DNA from: Candidatus Sericytochromatia bacterium
Lineage (GTDB): Bacteria; Cyanobacteriota; Sericytochromatia; S15B-MN24; JAQBPE01
NCBI GenBank assembly: GCA_040400605.1
Contig: JBBAPZ010000043.1
Coordinates: 1-10,003, forward strand
Length of the DNA stretch: 10,003 bases
Direction of reading: 5' to 3'
The position numbers and the translations under genes were made by a program. Below the pieces are notes generated by a model that saw only the letters and a list, made by a program, of their open reading frames with translations, was not told the origin of the DNA and did not search any database. Shown here piece after piece: positions 1 to 6,922 of this stretch; position 1 is the first letter of the stretch; each line of letters opens with the position of its first letter.

Positions 1-514
1 AGCCCTCAGCCATCCAACAACACCATCGTCTCGCAGCGTTACAAATGAGTTCCAAAGGTGTGTCGAAACCATTAATATTGAGTTAAATCAAGTACGCACC
101 TGTCCTTGCAAGGTGTCATCAATGCGATCCAGGCAAGATTCCTGCTACTGTTTGTCATTGATGATTGGATGTTGGTTCGGTTGGTGTGGGCGATCGCAAC
201 CTGAAGCCGCGGTCACGTCGGTTATGTTTGACGTGGATGCGGGGATAACAGAACCAGATAATGGAAGCCTGCGGTTTTCGTTGTTGAGGGAATGATGCGG
301 CCGTATGGGGATCACGTAACCACGAGTGTGATCCCGGTGTGTGATAGCGGAGTGACCGTGATGCCGTCGCGCGCGATTGGATTGACGCTGATGGTTTTCA
401 CTTCAAGGCGCGTGGTGCGTTCATTGCCGTCCCACGCTTCATTCGCAAAGGGCAGCCTTTGTTTGTTGTCGCTGGCGATGATTCGCGATCGACAACCCGT
501 GGTCAGGCATGTCC

Positions 515-1168
515 TCAAAGGCCACGGCGGCGTGCCGTGATGAAGCCGGCACTTTTTTTGATGACCTTCTCGTACCGATAACTTTCGAGGTCTTGGAGCA
601 GATCCAGGGTTTTACGGCGCTCTTTCAGCACTTCGAGGGTCTGGGGCAGTTGATCAAGGTATCGCAGGATATTTTGCAGCACTTCATGGGCAGCGGCGAA
701 TTGATGCGCGCGCAGGTGTTGGATGGTTTGCTGACGTTCACGCGCCACTTCGAGCAATGTCACCCATTCCCGCACCTGATGATGCACCGGAAACTCACTC
801 AAACGGGCTTGGGGAATGAGCGGCAATTCGTAGGTCCAGTGTTGAACGACACGGGGCGCGGCTTCGGATATGTCGTAAGCAAGTCTGAAATGGATCAGCG
901 GTCCTCCTGGAAACCCATTGGCAACAGCCAGTTTGAGGACGATCGTCTGTGGCTTGCCCCCCATCAAGTTTGGCAATTTGAGGGCACCATTCGGCAGGGT
1001 GTCGAATTCATTTAAAACATCCTCGATGGTTACGCCCGGTGCGCTTTCGCAACGCAGGCTGACCTTGCGCCCCGTGTGGGCGTACAAACGCACAGCCAGA
1101 TGTAACGCGGAGTCAGAATCTGCGACAACAGCAGGAATGGAGGGTAGAATCTCATGGTCAGTCATCAT
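515..1168 (-). CDS. 217-aa protein resembling the N- and C-terminal flanking regions of YfbK-like VWA proteins, without the VWA domain
   Basis: Part of ORF 515..1498. Likely start is ATG at 1168 (or 1165), preceded by an AGGGA RBS-like motif; the longer ORF overlaps the WYL gene. GRKVSLRCESAPGVTIEDVLNEFDTLPNGALKLPNLMGGKPQTIVLKL...FRLAYD...LPLIP...LSEFPVHHQVREWVTLLEVARERQQ...YEKVIKKS matches, from recall, the post-VWA beta-sandwich plus helical tail of cyanobacterial/Deinococcus VWA proteins. No DxSxS MIDAS motif is present. Confidence 0.7.
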   Translation of the reverse strand: MMTDHEILPSIPAVVADSDSALHLAVRLYAHTGRKVSLRCESAPGVTIEDVLNEFDTLPNGALKLPNLMGGKPQTIVLKLAVANGFPGGPLIHFRLAYDISEAAPRVVQHWTYELPLIPQARLSEFPVHHQVREWVTLLEVARERQQTIQHLRAHQFAAAHEVLQNILRYLDQLPQTLEVLKERRKTLDLLQDLESYRYEKVIKKSAGFITARRRGL

Positions 1169-1244
1169 CAATCGATCCCTGGCAAAAAAGGCGGTTGAAC
1201 AATCTTGCCCGATTATAGAATTCAATGGAAAGGGTTGGGTTACT
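1169..1244. promoter_or_regulatory. 76-bp divergent promoter region shared by the VWA-less gene and the WYL gene
   Basis: Perfect TATAAT on the - strand (1217-1212). On the + strand, TTGAAC (1195-1200) and TAGAAT (1216-1221), with a 15-bp spacer. Nested short inverted repeats TTGAA/TTCAA (1195-1199/1221-1225) and AATC/GATT (1201-1204/1211-1214). Confidence 0.45.
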
Positions 1245-2642
1245 GTGGCCAACTTGAATGACACCACCAAGCGCGTGCTGGATGGCTTTATGCTGCTGGA
1301 TGAGCTGACAGGCGAATCGGTGTCGTTGTACATCCAAAAGGACGAGTTAGGCATTGAGACGGGTGCCTCGCCCGTTTTTGCGGAGCTTGTTTCGCGGTTG
1401 AACGGCATCAAGCGGGGGCTTTTGTGGGCCGATGAGTCTTGGGAATCACTGCTTGCGACGGCCGCGCAGGTGGAAGCGTTTGATGACTGCGTGCGCATTG
1501 AGGCGCCGAGTCACGTGCCGCTTCGGACGCGGGTGACGGAGTTTAGTCGGCGTTTGGCGTTGGTGGAGCGTTTGCTGACGGTGAAGTCGGGTGAGGCTTT
1601 GACGCGGGAAGACATTTTGACCGGTTTGTTGGCGGAGGTGACCTTGTGGTCGGAGATGGATGTCAGGGATTGGTTGAATGAGGAACGGCGAAAGATCAGT
1701 GACGGGCGTTTGACGGATGGCGATCGCCCGGAGGTTCGCAAGGGTTGGGATGAGGATCATAATGCGTTGTTCAGTGTGCCTTTGCCGTCCATCACTGGTT
1801 TGTCGGGGCCATCGTTATCCACGGATGTGCGGGCGATGCGCGAATTGGGATTTGGGTTTGATCCGCATCCTGAGCGTGTCTCGCGTCAACCGTATCGCCT
1901 GGATACCCAACGCTTGCCGTTATGGGTCGGGGTTGAGGAGGCGGAAGCGTTGCGAAATGCCTGGAACATTTTGCGGGAAATGAACATTTCGGATGCGGAC
2001 GTTTTGGAGCGTTTGATGAGTCGGGTGCCCTCGGCTGTTCAGGCGGGTATGGCGCAGTGGGATTTGGGTCGTGCGATGGTGGGTGCGGGGGATCCGGTTG
2101 ATCCCAAGGTCTTCGAAGCGCTGCGCCACGCATTGAGGCGTCAGGCCAAGACGATGACGATTCGTTACTTGAGCATGAGCAGCGATCAACCCAAGCGTTA
2201 TTACATCGAAAACCCGCAGATGAACTGGTTTGAGGGACACATGTATCTGTTGGCACATTGCCCGGGGGTGAGTGGGGCCAATATCTATGAGAAGAACCGG
2301 GAGTTTCGTCTGGACCGTTTTGTTAACGCGGATGGCATTGAGCCGATTGAGGTCAAACCCAATGCGCCGAGTACCGCCGAGTTGCCATTCTTTAAGCTTA
2401 GGTTCCGTGCCAAACCGGACCTGGCGGTGCGATTCAGGACGGGGCCGGATGGTTTCAAGGTGCATCAGCCGGACCCGGATGGGTCGTGTCTGGTGGATGT
2501 GCAGGAGTTTACGTGGTTGCGTGCGGTCAGGCGGTTGTTGTCGTATGGGGATCGCATCGCGCCCATCGGGCCCGACTTCGTGGTGAAAAGATACTACGAA
2601 ACCCTCCACAAAATTGCCTCCGAGGCCCCGATACGGGTTTAA
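1245..2642 (+). CDS. WYL-domain transcriptional regulator (wHTH-WYL-WCX), ~465 aa
   Basis: WYL motif ALRHALRRQAKTMTIRYLS...YLLAHC...REFRLDRF, followed by a WCX-like C-terminus (LRFRAKPDLAVRF...DGSCLVDV...RRLLSYGDRIAPIGPDFVVKRY). wHTH-like elements RRLALVERLL...LTREDIL and LSTDVRAMRELGF. Start placed at in-frame GTG 1245 after a purine-rich GGAAAGGG; the ORF-track start at 918 overlaps the opposite-strand gene. Confidence 0.88.
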   Translation: MANLNDTTKRVLDGFMLLDELTGESVSLYIQKDELGIETGASPVFAELVSRLNGIKRGLLWADESWESLLATAAQVEAFDDCVRIEAPSHVPLRTRVTEFSRRLALVERLLTVKSGEALTREDILTGLLAEVTLWSEMDVRDWLNEERRKISDGRLTDGDRPEVRKGWDEDHNALFSVPLPSITGLSGPSLSTDVRAMRELGFGFDPHPERVSRQPYRLDTQRLPLWVGVEEAEALRNAWNILREMNISDADVLERLMSRVPSAVQAGMAQWDLGRAMVGAGDPVDPKVFEALRHALRRQAKTMTIRYLSMSSDQPKRYYIENPQMNWFEGHMYLLAHCPGVSGANIYEKNREFRLDRFVNADGIEPIEVKPNAPSTAELPFFKLRFRAKPDLAVRFRTGPDGFKVHQPDPDGSCLVDVQEFTWLRAVRRLLSYGDRIAPIGPDFVVKRYYETLHKIASEAPIRV

Positions 2643-2677
2643 CAATCATCCACCACAGCCACTGGTTGTTTGTTCGA

Positions 2678-2790
2678 TGTTCAGCGACAACGTCACCGGA
2701 GTTCAATCATTGTATGCGTGACTACCGGCGCACTTTAGCCACAAGACCAATGCTTCATCCTGAGCGCGGGTTGATTGGATGCAAGTTTCC
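2678..2790 (+). mobile_element. Orphan IS21-family left-end remnant
   Basis: Begins TGTTCAGCGACAA, 12/13 identical to TGTTCGGCGACAA at 9655, the terminus next to istB. Followed by repeated ACCGG-containing units and ATG CAA GTT TCC (MQVS, 2779), reminiscent of an IstA start, after which similarity is lost. Confidence 0.5.
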
Positions 2791-2825
2791 AGGATTTATC
2801 CGTCATCGCCCAGCGTGGTTCGCGG

Positions 2826-3065
2826 TCAGTCTGTTGCATCGGAATTCTGAATCAGTGTGAGCGATGCCAAGAGTTGTTGCTTTTGTTGCGGGGTCAGGCT
2901 CCGATACGCTCTGATGAGCGCCCATTCATCAGGGTGCATTTCGATGCCGGGTTCGTAGCCTGCCCGGCTTAGCAACTCGTCGGTGGGAAGGGCATAGGCT
3001 TTGGCGAATTTGACGATGGTGACGTAGCTTGGCACGAAGGGTTTGAGCGATCGCCCATCAATCAT
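2826..3065 (-). pseudogene. N-terminally truncated XRE/cI-type HTH regulator
   Basis: PSYVTIVKFAKAYALPTDELLSRAGY corresponds to helices 4-5 of HTH_XRE, followed by the typical EWALIRAYRSLTPQQKQQLL tail. Helices 1-3 are missing and in-frame stops lie immediately upstream. Confidence 0.6.
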
Positions 3066-3218
3066 TCGCTAAACCAGTCAGAACACCAGCGACACGCAAA
3101 AGCCGGTTTCAGAGCGTCGTGACGCGGGAAGATTAAAAAGAGCCCAGCGCTGGTTCGTTGTGGTTTGGCTTGGATACGGTGATCCGCTTAAACAAGCTCA
3201 GGTGAGGGACTGTCACGC

Positions 3219-4919
3219 GTGCAAAGACGTTGGTTGCCTGTTGCGATTCTGGCTTCGGTATTGGTAGTGGGTGGCTGCCAAGAGCCCGGCGTGGCGCCAA
3301 CGGTCGGCCAGGCGATCAGCAATCCGGCTCAAAAAGCATCGGTATCTTTCTCTGTAGCGGTTGGACGCGCGGGTTATGCCCTAAAACAACTCGGTGGTTA
3401 TAAAGTGGCGGATGTGGCACGCATCAATGCGCACGTTCACAATCATATCAGCGAGATCAACGCGCCTGCCTCTTCCCCGATGGCGAGTGCGTGGAATGTG
3501 TTGCCTGCCAACGGGGTTTTCAGTTTTACGCTGGGCAACCTTGATTACGGGACACGTTACTGGTTGCGTCTTGAGGCAATACGTGCAGACGGCAACGTCA
3601 TTGGGGTCATTGATGAATATTCGCCGAAAAGGGATAGCCCCAAAACCCACACGGGTGCCAACAATCAGCGTTTCCAATGGTTTGAGACGCTGGGTGCGAC
3701 CCAGAATCAGCTTCAGGCGCCCGTGGATGTGCTGATCAAATTGGCGGACACCATTTACTCGGGACAGGCGCCGGCGCACATTGGGTTCATCAACGGTGGC
3801 ATTGCGCCTGCGGTAGGCCCTGTGACCATCCTGACGCCGCCACAAGGAAATGCGTCACCCACACCCACCCCAAGCGCCTCAACTGAGGCGACACAATATG
3901 TTGTCTCAACCCTTGCGGGCTATGGTCCTGAAGGTTTCGTCGATGGAACAGGTTCACAGGCGCAGTTCTTTTATCCGTTTGGTGTCGCGGCTGATGCCAA
4001 CGGTCATGTGTATGTGGCAGATGCCGATAACCATAGTATCCGCAAAGTCAGTCCGCAGGGTGCCGTGTCGACGCTGGCGGGTGTCGGCTATCCAGGTGGT
4101 GCGGATGGTTTGGGCTTCCAACCCGACGCAAAGGCCTCGTATCCGGCGGGTTCACAGGCTCAGTTCTCCGGGCCGCGAGGCGTGGCGGTGGATGTAGCCG
4201 GCAACGTCTATGTGGCGGATTCCGGAAACCATCGCATTCGGAAGGTTACGCCTGATGGCACGGTCAGCACGCTGGCGGGCTCGACAGAAGGTTACGCGGA
4301 TGGCGTGGGTTCGCAAGCGCGGTTTGCGTATCCAGTTGGTGTGGCGGTGGATGGTTCTGGGAATGTCTACGTGGCGGACCTATGGAATCATCGCATTCGG
4401 AAGGTCACCCCCGATGGGACGGTAACGACACTTGCAGGCTCAAATGATGGCTATGCAGAGGGCACGGGGACAGCCGCCCGGTTTGCTTACCCATCCGGCG
4501 TGGCAGTGGATAACGTCGGTCAGGTCTACGTCGCGGATCAAGGCAACCACCGTATCCGCAAAATCAGTCCTGCCGGTGTCGTCAGCACCGTGGCCGGGTC
4601 AACGTCGGGTTATGCGAATGGCGCGGGTGACCAGGCCCAGTTCGCCGACCCCACGGGTGTGGCGGTGGATGGTGCGGGGAACGTCTATGTGGCGGACAGC
4701 GCCTACACGGTGGACCAATTGATTCATCATCGCATCCGCAGGGTAGGTCCTGGCGGTGTTGTCAGCACTTTGGCGGGCGCGACGGAGGGTTTTGCGGATG
4801 GCGTGGGCACTCAGGCCCGGTTTCATGGGCCATTCGGCATCGCGGTGGATGGTGTGGGAAATGTCCTGGTGGCTGATACGAACAACCATCGGATCCGCCG
4901 GGTCAGTCCCATTCGTTGA
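3219..4919 (+). CDS. NHL-repeat (six-bladed beta-propeller) lipoprotein
   Basis: GAGGG RBS before the GTG start; signal peptide with lipobox-like VVGGC (Cys19); ~200-aa N-terminal domain; SPTPTPS linker; six VSTLAG...F..P.GVAVD..GNVYVAD..NHRIRKV repeats from ~3900. Confidence 0.92.
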   Translation: MQRRWLPVAILASVLVVGGCQEPGVAPTVGQAISNPAQKASVSFSVAVGRAGYALKQLGGYKVADVARINAHVHNHISEINAPASSPMASAWNVLPANGVFSFTLGNLDYGTRYWLRLEAIRADGNVIGVIDEYSPKRDSPKTHTGANNQRFQWFETLGATQNQLQAPVDVLIKLADTIYSGQAPAHIGFINGGIAPAVGPVTILTPPQGNASPTPTPSASTEATQYVVSTLAGYGPEGFVDGTGSQAQFFYPFGVAADANGHVYVADADNHSIRKVSPQGAVSTLAGVGYPGGADGLGFQPDAKASYPAGSQAQFSGPRGVAVDVAGNVYVADSGNHRIRKVTPDGTVSTLAGSTEGYADGVGSQARFAYPVGVAVDGSGNVYVADLWNHRIRKVTPDGTVTTLAGSNDGYAEGTGTAARFAYPSGVAVDNVGQVYVADQGNHRIRKISPAGVVSTVAGSTSGYANGAGDQAQFADPTGVAVDGAGNVYVADSAYTVDQLIHHRIRRVGPGGVVSTLAGATEGFADGVGTQARFHGPFGIAVDGVGNVLVADTNNHRIRRVSPIR

Positions 4920-5034
4920 TACAAAGCCGTGTCGTGCGTGTTTTGATTGACTTTGTTTGAATCAATGCAAGATAAATCATTAAGCTTGAAAAAAAAGCGG
5001 GTTAAAACAAGCACGTGAGCATTGTTATTGACGA

Positions 5035-5052
5035 TATTAACTCCAGTTAATA
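5035..5052. promoter_or_regulatory. Perfect palindrome, candidate operator
   Basis: TATTAACT-CC-AGTTAATA, just downstream of a TTGACG (5028-5033) and ~30 bp upstream of the ATG at 5082. Confidence 0.4.
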
Positions 5053-5081
5053 CGTGTTTATTTGCTACAGGGAGATTGACC

Positions 5082-5432
5082 ATGGCCCTCAATGTGAACC
5101 CGGCAAGTATTCCTCAGGGGGGCGCGCGCGTCGCGGCTTCGACAGCGCAACAGGCCAAGTCGGGCGAAACCGTTACTGGCGTAACACCCGTTCGAGACAG
5201 TGCGAATTTTGGACAAAAGTCTCAAGTGTCGGGTAGCAAATCGGATGTAAATTGGCACGGCACAGTCACGAATGGTTTTTTTGGTGGCGTGATTGGCTTG
5301 GTGACCGCGTATGCAGTGAAAGCCCAAGGCCTGAAGGCGTGGGGAATTCTGGGTGTAACAACCGCTTCCATGTTGGCCCTCGGTCATTTGTATGATAAAG
5401 CCACTGCTTTCTTGTCATCGCGTAACGCCTGA
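5082..5432 (+). CDS. Hypothetical small membrane protein, 116 aa, two C-terminal hydrophobic helices
   Basis: AGGGAG RBS at 5069-5074 before ATG 5082; low-complexity polar N-terminus; hydrophobic segments GFFGGVIGLVTAYAV and WGILGVTTASMLALGHLY. Confidence 0.72.
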   Translation: MALNVNPASIPQGGARVAASTAQQAKSGETVTGVTPVRDSANFGQKSQVSGSKSDVNWHGTVTNGFFGGVIGLVTAYAVKAQGLKAWGILGVTTASMLALGHLYDKATAFLSSRNA

Positions 5433-5436
5433 GCGA

Positions 5437-5460
5437 TGTTAATGGTGCCGTAAACCCGCA
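5437..5460 (+). repeat. Solo 24-bp copy of the IS-end sequence at 9949
   Basis: TGTTAATGGTGCCGTAAACCCGCA vs TGTTAATGGTGTTGTAAATCCGCA (9949-9972): 21/24 identical, same orientation. Confidence 0.7.
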
Positions 5461-5540
5461 TCAATGTCGGGTGCGGCGTGTTGTTGTCTCAAATTGTCGG
5501 CACCGGGCGTGCGCCTTGGTATCTCACTGGCAACGTCAGG

Positions 5541-6020
5541 TTATTTCTCCAGCACACGCTCGATAAATTCCGACTTTTCTGCACGGTAGGTGGTCATGGC
5601 GCCGCCCTCATGGCGCTTTTTAAGTGCGTTGTAAGCCTCAAGCATCTCGGGATGATCCCGCAGATACGCGCCGAACTGTTCAAAATCGTCATACGGACCA
5701 CCCGCGACCACAAGCTGTACGCCCAGAGGGGGTTGGGTTCTGTCATCCTTGAAGGATGCAAGGTTGGCATCGTGGGTACTGCCCTCATTGAGGGCCAAAT
5801 GGCGGGACAAAACCTGCCTGCTGGAGGCAAAGTCGCCTGCTGAAACCCTCACCAGAATGTCCAGATCCCCTTTGGACCAGGCCCCTGGCACTGCTGATGA
5901 ACCAATGTGAATGATTTCGGCGTCAGGCAACAGTTGTCGCAAGCGTCGCGCGTGGTGTTCAAAGGCGTTTGCAGCCTCGCTTTGATAAGCTGTCGGTGCC
6001 AAAAAATTGACGCGTTCCAA
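5541..6020 (-). CDS. GrpB (UPF0157) family nucleotidyltransferase-fold protein
   Basis: Motifs HIGSSAVPG..SKGDLDI, F..YLRDHPE..EAYNALKK, YRAEKSEFIERVL. Probable TTG start at 6020 with AAGGAG 5 nt upstream (alternative ATG at 6056). Confidence 0.9.
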   Translation of the reverse strand: MERVNFLAPTAYQSEAANAFEHHARRLRQLLPDAEIIHIGSSAVPGAWSKGDLDILVRVSAGDFASSRQVLSRHLALNEGSTHDANLASFKDDRTQPPLGVQLVVAGGPYDDFEQFGAYLRDHPEMLEAYNALKKRHEGGAMTTYRAEKSEFIERVLEK

Positions 6021-6132
6021 AGCGGCTCCTTTTGTCGTTTTAATGTTTTGAAACATTCACAAGCCAGTGTTCAGGGAATCGGAGACCACGGTTCTCGTTT
6101 GCACAAACGAGAAAAAATTGACCGGTTTGACG

Positions 6133-6159
6133 TCAGTTTTTTTTTCACCATACCGATAA
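6133..6159 (+). promoter_or_regulatory. sigma28 (FliA)-like promoter for the lipoprotein gene at 6206
   Basis: TCAG-N15-ACCGATAA versus the consensus TAAA-N15-GCCGATAA, with exact spacing. Confidence 0.45.
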
Positions 6160-6205
6160 CACGTGTGCATCGCAAGTTAAAAATTGAATAAAAAGGGGTT
6201 TAAGA

Positions 6206-6763
6206 ATGAAAGCTGTTCGCCGATTGCTGACATTGGGAGCGGTTGCTACCGTGATGGCTGGCTGTGGCGTGGGTACAACCACTGTGCAACAAGCCGCGGG
6301 GCTTCAGGCGAGTGCCTCCGGAACGTCTCGGATCGATCCTGCCAAGTTTGCAGTGCTCCCGTTTGAAACGCTCAGAAAGATGCATCGGGAGCCCAACGGT
6401 GATTTGCGCAAGGAGTGGGTCGGCAAGCGGGTTCAGGTCAACTGTTTGGCGGAGTATCTAACACCGACCGATGAATACACCGGTATCAAAATTTTGCTCT
6501 ACTCAGCCACAGACAGGAAAGAATCGATACAGCCCATTGATGTCACACCAGGTCTTTTTTACTTTCAATCCAGGGAAAAGAAAGAAGCTTGGCTCAAAGA
6601 GCGTGGATTCCTCAAGCGAGTGTACGACACCAAACAGGAGTTGCCACCGGTTACGTTGTTTGGCCAGGTTTTGCCTTCGGCCAAGGATCGCAACGAGACC
6701 TGGCCCAAGGTGTTGGATTACCTTGCAGTGCGGCGTGCAGACGGCAAATTTTTCGGTCTTTAA
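6206..6763 (+). CDS. Hypothetical lipoprotein, 185 aa
   Basis: MKAVRR + hydrophobic stretch + lipobox MAGC; purine-rich AAAAGGGG upstream; followed by an intrinsic terminator. Confidence 0.8.
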   Translation: MKAVRRLLTLGAVATVMAGCGVGTTTVQQAAGLQASASGTSRIDPAKFAVLPFETLRKMHREPNGDLRKEWVGKRVQVNCLAEYLTPTDEYTGIKILLYSATDRKESIQPIDVTPGLFYFQSREKKEAWLKERGFLKRVYDTKQELPPVTLFGQVLPSAKDRNETWPKVLDYLAVRRADGKFFGL

Positions 6764-6770
6764 AGCGGTT

Positions 6771-6811
6771 TCAGGCGCTGGCATATCACGCCAGCGCCTG
6801 ACTGATTTTTT
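6771..6811 (+). terminator. Rho-independent terminator
   Basis: Perfect 12-bp stem TCAGGCGCTGGC / GCCAGCGCCTGA with a 7-nt loop, T6 tract at 6806-6811, starting 8 nt after the stop of 6206..6763. Confidence 0.8.
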
Positions 6812-6922
6812 GGCCCCGGTTCATCGTGTTGACTTGGGTGTTGACACCGGAATGTAATCCGTAAACTCATGTCGGGATCAGTGTTAACGCCCCAGCAGGT
6901 GGCATAATGACCGCGTGCAATC

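Noticed and set aside
509..1015. 168-aa + strand ORF
   Set aside because: Antisense shadow of the VWA-related gene; no recognisable motifs.
918..1244. N-terminal extension of the WYL ORF to TTG 918, and of the minus ORF to 1498
   Set aside because: The extensions overlap the opposite gene's coding region; better starts with RBS-like motifs exist at 1245 (+) and 1168 (-), leaving a normal divergent promoter.
1446..2645. Minus-strand ORFs of 104, 154 and 241 aa
   Set aside because: Antisense shadows of the WYL gene.
3066..3218. Possible c-di-GMP-I riboswitch upstream of the NHL gene (…ACGCAAAAGCC…)
   Set aside because: Lacks the GGCAAA/GNRA-capped P2 arrangement; only a short partial match.
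3900..4910. Nucleotide repeats that might suggest a CRISPR array or a DGR template/variable repeat pair
   Set aside because: They are the in-frame NHL blades; no unique spacers, no adenine-specific mismatch pattern noticed, and no RT or cas gene.
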